Below are positions 56,834-64,000 of a DNA stretch of 64,000 nucleotides, piece by piece; the first letter of the stretch is position 1, and the number at the start of each line of letters is the position of its first letter. Origin of the DNA: a virus; IMG/VR virus record IMGVR_UViG_3300027754_005796, positions 1 through 64,000 of that record, one strand, 5' to 3'. The notes under the pieces are model-generated. The model made no database searches. It was given only the letters and a program-made list of their open reading frames with translations, and was not told the origin of the DNA. The position numbers were made by a program, and so were the translations under genes.

Positions 56834-57321
56834 GTGAGTTGGTTATAGATGAAAGCAATTTCTCCCAATATTTCAGAGATTGCCGTATGCATCGTCCAGA
56901 GCGTGGAGATGTCATGGCTTGTTATATTGCTGTTGCCGAGTTTGTTGATGGTGCGATGAAAAAGGATGTTATTGAGTTGTTGTTAAACCATGAGAAGGCT
57001 TTGGCAGCTACCAGAGTCCTAAGGAAGCTTGGTTGCGCCAAAGAAAGAGATGCCATTAGAATCTGTCGTGAAATTGCTGAAGATTTGGCAAATGGCATGA
57101 ACAAGGAAGAGGTTGAGAACAAGCCTTATGAGTATGAATTAGAGGCTTTTTATTATACCAAGAAGGAATATGTTCCAGTTGATGATTCTCATTGGTCAAT
57201 AATTAGCCTTAGCAATCTCGATCAATTCTTGGACAAGGAAAAGAAGGTGCAGATGTCTGCCAAATTTGTCCGTAATGAACACCCTAGTCAGGATAATGTT
57301 TCTGATGAAGCGCAAGTATAA
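56830..57321 (+). CDS. Hypothetical protein
   Basis: 163 aa, coupled to the dnaE-C stop. Confidence 0.65.
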   Translation: MSELVIDESNFSQYFRDCRMHRPERGDVMACYIAVAEFVDGAMKKDVIELLLNHEKALAATRVLRKLGCAKERDAIRICREIAEDLANGMNKEEVENKPYEYELEAFYYTKKEYVPVDDSHWSIISLSNLDQFLDKEKKVQMSAKFVRNEHPSQDNVSDEAQV

Positions 57322-57865
57322 TGAGACGATTTTTATAGAAACTCCTTACAGGCCTGAGTTGGGTTCATTTTCCAAACCTAAAGGCTTGATCGAAGGTCGC
57401 TACAAGATTGATCATTGGTTTTATTGCCGTGAGTTGTTCCACAATATTTTTTTCAGAATCAAAATGCTCTTTTTTTCGCATGGCGCTAATAAAGGCGCTC
57501 ATGTCGCTGCTTTCATGCAGGAAATTGAAAACAGGCTGAATGTGGTGCCAAGGTCGGAATATGGACCGACCCAAAGAAAAAATATTATGTGGATAAAACC
57601 TAGCAAATGGTGGCTTCAATATTCGATGCGAAGGTCTTTGTTTACAATTTTGTTGCGTACTGGAATTCATTACAACGCTACTAAGAAAAACTTTGATGAA
57701 GCAGTCTTAGCTCAAAAATATCTTAAAAGCACGCCTTATGCTTTTGAAAGATTTATGGCTGGGTGTACAAAGTATGTTGGTCACAAAAGAGGCTGGTACA
57801 AGCAGTTTTTTCACTTGAATCCCAACAAGAAAGAGATAGATAAATTGTTGGTAAAGCCTAAATAA
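57305..57865 (+). CDS. Hypothetical basic protein
   Basis: ORF 57266..57865; probable start MKRKY. Confidence 0.6.
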   Translation: MKRKYNETIFIETPYRPELGSFSKPKGLIEGRYKIDHWFYCRELFHNIFFRIKMLFFSHGANKGAHVAAFMQEIENRLNVVPRSEYGPTQRKNIMWIKPSKWWLQYSMRRSLFTILLRTGIHYNATKKNFDEAVLAQKYLKSTPYAFERFMAGCTKYVGHKRGWYKQFFHLNPNKKEIDKLLVKPK

Positions 57866-57912
57866 ATAATTTTCTACATATATAAGTCGTAAGTATAACC
57901 TAAGGAATTTTT

Positions 57913-58098
57913 ATGAACCCTACAAGCGATATGATGGACGACCTCAACAAGTACGCTGCCATCTGGGACAAGGCTGTTGCGAATGGGGTTTTTGACGATG
58001 CTTCCAAGCCTGTTGCCAAAAGGACTAGTGATTCAAACGGCTTTTTTGGCAACAGCATTAGCGACGACTATGACATGGACGGGCCTATCAACGAATAA
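57913..58098 (+). CDS. Short duplicate of the next gene's N-terminus
   Basis: MNPTSDMMDDLNKYAAIWDKAVANGVFDDASKP nearly identical to the 58146 ORF start. Confidence 0.6.
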   Translation: MNPTSDMMDDLNKYAAIWDKAVANGVFDDASKPVAKRTSDSNGFFGNSISDDYDMDGPINE

Positions 58099-58145
58099 AT
58101 AATTTGCGACATATATAAGTAATAAGTTCAATCTGAGGAATTTTC

Positions 58146-58748
58146 ATGAACACTACCAGCGATATGATGGCAGATATTAACAAGTATGCTGCAATCTGGG
58201 ACAAGGCTGTTGCGAACGGCGTGTTTGACGATGCTACCAAGCCTGCTGTAACACAGCCCGGCGATGACGAGTCAACCGACTTTTTTGGCAATTACATGAG
58301 CGACGAATATGACATAGACAGACCCATGAATGAGGTAGATTGCAAGTATTGGGCCATGCTTTCTAAGAGTGCAGCCGATAGAAGCGCTTATGAACTCAAA
58401 TTTAATGAGGAGCGCAAGGTCAGCAAAAAAGAGGCGAAAGCGGCTTCCAATAAGCTTGGCAGCACATTTAATCCTGTTTATTCCAACACTCAGGGCAAGG
58501 ATCAAGATGTCATTGTCACCCAAAATTGGGGAGTTGGTGGCAAGAAGCTCAATGACTTGGAAGATTTGAAGAAGCGTCTTTATGAGTTGGAAGTCAAACT
58601 AAATTCGGCTGGGATTGTTACTGCTGATAAAAAGAAGAAAAAGAAAGATTCCGACGAGAGCACCATTCTAAAAGGACTTGCTGATCTCAAGGCCCAAATT
58701 GATGAACTTAGTAATAAACTTAATGGTAATCGCAACGACGAAAATTGA
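58146..58748 (+). CDS. Hypothetical protein with C-terminal coiled coil
   Basis: 200 aa; GAGGA SD; ATATATA box at 58111. Confidence 0.75.
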   Translation: MNTTSDMMADINKYAAIWDKAVANGVFDDATKPAVTQPGDDESTDFFGNYMSDEYDIDRPMNEVDCKYWAMLSKSAADRSAYELKFNEERKVSKKEAKAASNKLGSTFNPVYSNTQGKDQDVIVTQNWGVGGKKLNDLEDLKKRLYELEVKLNSAGIVTADKKKKKKDSDESTILKGLADLKAQIDELSNKLNGNRNDEN

Positions 58749-58801
58749 TTTGATATAGCTTAAATCCTTACAATTGTTTGTACTATTGTGAGGATTTTTT
58801 T

Positions 58802-59356
58802 ATGGCCGTTGCACCTTGGAAAGCATCCGAAGAAGTTCTTAATTTGCTGCAAAAAGTAAAGCAGAAGCACCATTCTCCTAGGTTGGATGGTGCTTCTGTT
58901 GCTATTTGCTTTATTGAAGCTAAGAGTTTTATCAAAAATAAGTTAAATCTCGGAAAGTTGAGCAAATTTGCTCCTACTGCTCGTTTGTATCAAAATATCA
59001 AACATGATTTTTGTTTGTGTATTCCATTCGATCTTTGGCAAGATGTTCTTAATGAAACGCAAAGAGATGCGTTTTTGGACCTGCATCTGACTCGATTGAC
59101 TGTGGAGTATGTTCCTGAAACCGTAGAGGAAAATGGCAAGAAATTTAAAGTGACCGATGATTGGGGTAGAATCAAGTACACAGAGGAAGTGAAGTACGAC
59201 GAGGAGGGAAACCCTTTCTGGAAGATCGAGCCTTTGGATTTAGAAGTTTTTGCCAAAAATGTGAGTAGATATGGATTGTGGCAAGAGGAATTGGTTTCTT
59301 TAAGTGAAGCCATTAAAGCAAGCGAGGGTAATGATGGGGCGCTCCAAACTGATTGA
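58802..59356 (+). CDS. Phage metallopeptidase-like protein with degenerate metal motif
   Basis: HHSPRL..ASVAI, HDFCLCI..DLWQ, RDAFLDLHL (HExxH position altered), DLEVFAKNVSRYGLW. Confidence 0.55.
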   Translation: MAVAPWKASEEVLNLLQKVKQKHHSPRLDGASVAICFIEAKSFIKNKLNLGKLSKFAPTARLYQNIKHDFCLCIPFDLWQDVLNETQRDAFLDLHLTRLTVEYVPETVEENGKKFKVTDDWGRIKYTEEVKYDEEGNPFWKIEPLDLEVFAKNVSRYGLWQEELVSLSEAIKASEGNDGALQTD

Positions 59357-59771
59357 GATAACTGTTTTGGGCGTGTGGTTATTAATTGCGGTTTTGTTCT
59401 TTTTTAAGACAAAATTACCACATAAAGATGAAATAGTTTTGCCAGAGGGTTTGAATACAGACACTCTTTCGAGTGTCGATAAAGGCAAGGATTTCGACCT
59501 GCGCAAAATAGTTTTGATGGAGGATGGCAGGTTTGATTTGACATTGAAAGACGATACCTCCAGCAGAATTCTTGCTGACCTGACAGTACAAATTGTTAAG
59601 GGATCTAGGGGAAAGGTTTTGGATTTCTTGAATATCATCACGAAACCGAGAGTTCTATTGAGGGAAAGAAAGTTTGATGGCAAGTGGCTGGTAGATGTTT
59701 TTGTTGTCGCTGATGGTAAAGAAATGAATCTTGCAGACTGGTTGAAGGATAACAATTTAGCTTACAAATGA
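59331..59771 (+). CDS. Membrane-anchored hypothetical protein (possible SNase-like OB fold)
   Basis: N-terminal TM helix; DGKWLVDVFV...NLADWLKDNNLA C-terminus. Confidence 0.55.
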   Translation: MMGRSKLIEITVLGVWLLIAVLFFFKTKLPHKDEIVLPEGLNTDTLSSVDKGKDFDLRKIVLMEDGRFDLTLKDDTSSRILADLTVQIVKGSRGKVLDFLNIITKPRVLLRERKFDGKWLVDVFVVADGKEMNLADWLKDNNLAYK

Positions 59772-59783
59772 CTATGATATTGC

Positions 59784-60002
59784 ATGGAAAACAATTTTAT
59801 AATCCGTTGTCTTAAATGTAGATGGGCACAGTTGACTACTGGTTTGCCTGACGACTTGAAGGGTTTGTACGAGGTAGCAAATAGTTGTTCCAAATGTGGT
59901 AAACCCAGAGAATTTCGCTGCCCAAAATGTGGTCGTAATTCAAAAATGACTCGAATTCGTGGTGGTGGTCATACCGCTACAGAACAAAAAAATCCCGAGT
60001 AA
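59784..60002 (+). CDS. Zinc-ribbon protein
   Basis: CLKC, CSKC, CPKC. Confidence 0.65.
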   Translation: MENNFIIRCLKCRWAQLTTGLPDDLKGLYEVANSCSKCGKPREFRCPKCGRNSKMTRIRGGGHTATEQKNPE

Positions 60003-61176
60003 AACTATGAAATTCTTTGCTTCTTGTTGCCGAACATCCGGTAACGGAAAGCTCATAAATGAACAGATGCTTGAAGAAGTGAAATTTTATCGTCACAAGT
60101 TCAATAATCGACCCATACCTCAGAATAAGAAAAAAATTCTAATAATCACCTGTTTCACAGAATTTGGCTGTGAATCTATGAGTTTAATGTATTGCATACC
60201 CAAGGCAATTGCTCACAATCCCGGCGCTTATGTGATTTGCGCTGGTTGGTGGGGTAGGGCCTATTTGTATAAGCATTTGGCAGATGAATTCTGGGAGATT
60301 CAAGAGTCTGCCATGTTTATGAGGGACTACGCAAATGCTTTCATCAACACATCAAGAAATGTTCGCAAAATTGAAAAACTTCTTTCAAATTACGGTTCGG
60401 TTTTTAATGGCGAGAAGATGGGTCATTTTTGTGTCGCCAACCGCTGCAATATCTGCAAAAAAATGTGGAACAGCGATGAATTTCAAGAGTGTTGTGAATC
60501 TTGTTATTCTACAAATATAGAACGAGCTATTTTTGCAAACATAAGATACAGTAAAAAATTTGCAGTACAGGTTCCACGACCAAGTCTGAAAGCTATGGAA
60601 TCAGTAAAAAAATATCTGAAACCGAAATCTGTTGGCATATTTGCACGCAATAGAAAGTTATATGGCAGAAATTTGGATAGCAATTTTTATTTAAAGCTGA
60701 TTCGATTGTTGCAAGACAAAGGTTACAATCCTATTTGGCTTGGCGAAAAACAAAGTATTTTGCCTTGTCCAGCAGATGATATTTTAGATTTTAGCAACTT
60801 GCCTGAAGCAAGAAATCTTGAACTTACTTTGGCTTTGATTGCCAATTTGGAGTTTACCATACAGTTTTGGACTGCCAGCACACGACTTGCATCGATGGTG
60901 GGAACGCCTTGGATGTTGTTTGAAACACCGGATCAGATTGTAGGAGCGGGCCAAGAAGGTAAAAGAATTGCTCTTACTACTGATGAAAATAAGAAAAAAT
61001 TGATATTATCTCATTATTTTAATGTAGTTGAAAAACCAGAAGAAGCTTATGGTCTGATAGACAGGGCTATTGAAGAAATGAAAAATGATAATTGGGATGA
61101 CATTGTCGGATTAGTAGAATATCCCAATATCATACAGGAAAGTTTGAAGAAACAATTAACTTGGAGGGACTTGTGA
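59959..61176 (+). CDS. GT-B/GT9-like protein
   Basis: EFGCE, PIWLGE, TIQFWTASTRLASMVGTP resembles the GT9 C-terminal motif. Confidence 0.5.
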   Translation: MVVVIPLQNKKIPSKTMKFFASCCRTSGNGKLINEQMLEEVKFYRHKFNNRPIPQNKKKILIITCFTEFGCESMSLMYCIPKAIAHNPGAYVICAGWWGRAYLYKHLADEFWEIQESAMFMRDYANAFINTSRNVRKIEKLLSNYGSVFNGEKMGHFCVANRCNICKKMWNSDEFQECCESCYSTNIERAIFANIRYSKKFAVQVPRPSLKAMESVKKYLKPKSVGIFARNRKLYGRNLDSNFYLKLIRLLQDKGYNPIWLGEKQSILPCPADDILDFSNLPEARNLELTLALIANLEFTIQFWTASTRLASMVGTPWMLFETPDQIVGAGQEGKRIALTTDENKKKLILSHYFNVVEKPEEAYGLIDRAIEEMKNDNWDDIVGLVEYPNIIQESLKKQLTWRDL

Positions 61177-62315
61177 GTTCCCTAGTAGAATTTTTAAAGC
61201 GTGCTGCTGAAAGAAATGGTTTTCGCAGAGATCGTTTTGATGAAAAGCGAATACCAACTGATTTCACAAATGTATGTATTTTGCCATTTTTTGGCGATTT
61301 GCGTGGCAGCATGGTTCTCAGTTCTTTCTTGTTGAAAAGATATCGGGAAGAAGTCCGTGGCTCCAAGTATTTCATTTTGGCATCGTGGCCGGGACAACAA
61401 GGTTTGTTTCCTTTTGTTGATGAATACTGGTCATTCACCGATGAAGCCGTACTCAAGAAATTCTTCGGAGACAGCGAGGGGTTCAGAAATAAATCAAATT
61501 TTTATACGATTTATTGTCGGAATTTAAATGAGTTTTTTAGAGATGTTATTGATTTGAGTGATGTTGAAAAATATTACAGAAATGGTTTTACAAATTATTT
61601 TTTTGAAAAATTCAAGGATACAAAAAGATTCCTGCCTTTTGTTCCGAGTGTTTCTATTTTGGGTAGGGATTTTAATCGAGAGCTTGCAACAAGATCGGGC
61701 TACAAGGTTTTTATAAATCCAGCGATATACAGCAGATTTTGGCATAACGGCATCAGCGATTCTATTCGTGTTCAGAAAGAGTTTTACATTGAATTGTGTA
61801 AGTATCTCTTACAGAACCAAGTGATGCCTGTGATTTGGCAGCATAATCTTGCTTATGATTTGGTTGCAGAATTGTCTGATTCTTGCATTATGTTGAGAGA
61901 AAACGATACGATTCGTGTGCTTTCTGCCATGAGGGCTTGCAGTTGCGTTTTAGACACCTTTAACGGAACTTCAAGATTGGCTCTTTTTGCTAGATCACCA
62001 TTTTTGTGTGTCGATGAGCGTTCAAGATATGCGGGCACCAAAGAATTCGAGATAGATGATTTGTGTGCAGATAAGTTACCACATCAATATATTTTTACTT
62101 TTTCCACTATCTTAACTGAAGGAAAACTATCTTTCTGGGAGCAGGATATTTTTCCTACCATCAAGCGAAAGTTGGATGGTTTTCTTCCCGGTTTGAACAG
62201 GGACGCTTTGCCCCCTACGGCAGAATCACATGAGTTGGTGCCATATCACCATTTCGTGCAGCCTAAGAAGAAAAAGAAAATGGGTATGCGATTTATTAAA
62301 ATTACACATGATTGA
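61173..62315 (+). CDS. GT-B/GT9-like protein
   Basis: FFGDL N-terminal motif; VLDTFNGTSRLALFARSP; start uncertain. Confidence 0.45.
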   Translation: MSSLVEFLKRAAERNGFRRDRFDEKRIPTDFTNVCILPFFGDLRGSMVLSSFLLKRYREEVRGSKYFILASWPGQQGLFPFVDEYWSFTDEAVLKKFFGDSEGFRNKSNFYTIYCRNLNEFFRDVIDLSDVEKYYRNGFTNYFFEKFKDTKRFLPFVPSVSILGRDFNRELATRSGYKVFINPAIYSRFWHNGISDSIRVQKEFYIELCKYLLQNQVMPVIWQHNLAYDLVAELSDSCIMLRENDTIRVLSAMRACSCVLDTFNGTSRLALFARSPFLCVDERSRYAGTKEFEIDDLCADKLPHQYIFTFSTILTEGKLSFWEQDIFPTIKRKLDGFLPGLNRDALPPTAESHELVPYHHFVQPKKKKKMGMRFIKITHD

Positions 62316-62324
62316 GGATTTGAA

Positions 62325-62615
62325 ATGGCTTGTAGAGTTGAACTAAGAGATTTGCCTCCCAACCCCAGTTGGTATGAGCGTGAAGTTGCTTTTAAGAAGA
62401 TGTTTTCTGCTTTTAAGAAGCAGGTTGCAGAAGCTGGCATTTTGCACGCCTATAAGGAGCGTGAGTTTTACGAGAGTCCCGGTCGGGAGCGCCGTAGAAA
62501 GAGCCGTGAGGCCGAGAATCAGCGTATGAAAGAGAAGTTGCGTGAGAACTTCCCAGAGCGTAGAAAGCCCAAGAAGAGCGACAATAAAAAGCCCAAAAAG
62601 CAAGGTGAGGCATGA
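62325..62615 (+). CDS. rpsU: Ribosomal protein bS21
   Basis: FKKMFSAFKKQVAEAGILHAYKEREFYESPGRERRRK signature; basic C-terminal extension. Confidence 0.85.
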   Translation: MACRVELRDLPPNPSWYEREVAFKKMFSAFKKQVAEAGILHAYKEREFYESPGRERRRKSREAENQRMKEKLRENFPERRKPKKSDNKKPKKQGEA

Positions 62616-62872
62616 GTAAGAAAGGCACGATTATGAGTCTTTCAATCGATTCTGACATTCAGGAGCGAATGAAAGCTGTTGCAAAAAAGAGAAACATCAG
62701 CGTTTCTAAGTTGATTCGTGATTTGGCTGAAAAAAATCTTCCTGTTGATGAAAACGAGGAAACCGATACTGTTATTTTTAAGATTCCCGCTGCTGCCAAG
62801 GTAAGTACAGATGTCTTAAAACAATGGTTTCATATTCGTGTGGACGCTGTAGTAAAGGCTTTGATTTTATAA
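62612..62872 (+). CDS. Ribbon-helix-helix DNA-binding protein
   Basis: MSLSIDSDIQERMKAVAKKRNISVSKLIRDL. Confidence 0.7.
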   Translation: MSKKGTIMSLSIDSDIQERMKAVAKKRNISVSKLIRDLAEKNLPVDENEETDTVIFKIPAAAKVSTDVLKQWFHIRVDAVVKALIL

Positions 62873-63364
62873 ATGGCAGAACCTCTTGTAATTTTGCCTG
62901 CTGAAGAGATTCCAAAAGCTAAGGATGCGCTTTTGGATGATCCCATGTCCTTATTCCGTCTCGCAGCCAATATGGAGCCTGTCTGTGAAAGGGAAGAAGG
63001 AATCGGCTTGTCAGCAGTTCAGGTCGGGGTGCCTTTAAAATTTTTCATCATCAAAGTGGGTCGAAATTTTGAATATTTTGTAAATTGCGAATATGATGGT
63101 GTTGGTGAAAAACAAAAATCTATTGAAGGATGCTTGTCTTTGAAAAAAGAGGATGGATCGTTCAGGCGATTTGAAGTAGATCGTTTTTCTGCTATAAAAT
63201 TGACAGGCAAGCAGTTGAAAATCACAAACACACCATCTGTTGTTTTAGAAGATGTATCAAGGTTGGAGATTGGACTGCGAGCTATTGTTTTACAGCACGA
63301 AATTGATCATGGCAACGACATTTTGATTAGTCAAATAGGCAAAGAAATTGAATTTTTAATGTGA
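62873..63364 (+). CDS. def: Peptide deformylase
   Basis: GIGLSAVQVG, EGCLS, QHEIDH. Confidence 0.9.
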   Translation: MAEPLVILPAEEIPKAKDALLDDPMSLFRLAANMEPVCEREEGIGLSAVQVGVPLKFFIIKVGRNFEYFVNCEYDGVGEKQKSIEGCLSLKKEDGSFRRFEVDRFSAIKLTGKQLKITNTPSVVLEDVSRLEIGLRAIVLQHEIDHGNDILISQIGKEIEFLM

Positions 63365-63373
63365 GGTCTTTCG

Positions 63374-63649
63374 ATGTTGAGTTTGAAACAACTTAAAGAT
63401 GTTTGCTTGTTGGACGACAGCACAAGTGATCGCTGTAAGTATTTGTCTCAGGACGAAAACGATTCCTCAAAATATTTTTGCCTCAAGCTTTCTAGCAAAG
63501 GTAGGGAAATTGATGAAGAAATCGAGTCTTATTTGAATGATATTCGCAAGAGAGGCAAAGATCCAAGAAAAGATAATTTGCCGCTTAGTGACAATTGTCC
63601 CGGCTATCCTGTTCTCAGAAATATAGAGCAGGGATACGATTACGATTGA
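63374..63649 (+). CDS. Hypothetical Cys-containing protein
   Basis: 91 aa; GAGG SD. Confidence 0.6.
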   Translation: MLSLKQLKDVCLLDDSTSDRCKYLSQDENDSSKYFCLKLSSKGREIDEEIESYLNDIRKRGKDPRKDNLPLSDNCPGYPVLRNIEQGYDYD

Positions 63650-64000
63650 ATTTCACAAACAAATTCCTCGTGTTTGTAATTTGTGAAACTTCGTTGATGT
63701 CTGACTTCAACATGAATAGATGTTTGTAGCATTTTTTGAACCTCTAATTTCAGTTCATTTTCTTTTTCTGCTGTGAGCGGAGGAGATACGATTTGAAGCT
63801 CAAGAAAATCCAGTTTTTTCTGTATGGCTTTGAATTGTTTAATTCCGTATTTTTCATTGAAGGTAAGACTGCCTAGTAGGGGCCATTTCTTTTGCCCATT
63901 GGGCATGACAAAAAAGTTTCTAACTCTGCCATAAATTTTTGTGATGGTTTGTAGTGATCGGCCACAAGCACACGATCCTAGCAATGCAACATCTCCATTT
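63640..64000 (-). CDS. PaaK/CapK-like AMP-dependent ligase, C-terminal part (runs off right edge)
   Basis: NGDVALLGSCACGRSL...IYGR signature; frame open to the window end. Confidence 0.7.
   Translation of the reverse strand, partial: NGDVALLGSCACGRSLQTITKIYGRVRNFFVMPNGQKKWPLLGSLTFNEKYGIKQFKAIQKKLDFLELQIVSPPLTAEKENELKLEVQKMLQTSIHVEVRHQRSFTNYKHEEFVCEIQS

Noticed and set aside
1-64000. Stop-codon reassignment as in some huge phages
   Set aside because: Conserved genes are full length under the standard code and end in TAA, TAG and TGA.

Overview
The window looks like a 64-kb piece of an AT-rich jumbo/huge phage genome (T4-like replication genes, no rRNA, standard genetic code). The host may be a planctomycete, inferred only from RimI/PrkA sequence style. 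It contains: (i) a >1,240-aa G-x-Q collagen-like fibre running off the left edge, absent from the ORF track; (ii) replication, recombination and repair genes (gp41/DnaB helicase, UvsY-like, gp32-like SSB, RecA/UvsX, Ski2/Hel308 helicase, HhH glycosylase, dCMP deaminase, dNMP kinase, ThyX); (iii) a dispersed glycan-modification toolkit (GT2, GT9-like, GT17, Glf, HldE, nucleotidyltransferase, carbamoyltransferase, methyltransferases); (iv) a complete YeaG/PrkA-YeaH-SpoVR operon whose SpoVR has two LAGLIDADG inteins; (v) translation functions (tmRNA, bS21, peptide deformylase). Most unusual: a 370-570-nt highly structured, pseudoknotted noncoding region with its own promoter directly upstream of a thumb-less family A polymerase and a region-2-only sigma factor; a 41-nt GC-hairpin insert that breaks the first PHP motif of DnaE and needs recoding or excision; and a DnaE split into two genes through its active site with a degenerate duplicated segment. 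All structures and family calls were made by eye; no searches or folding were run.
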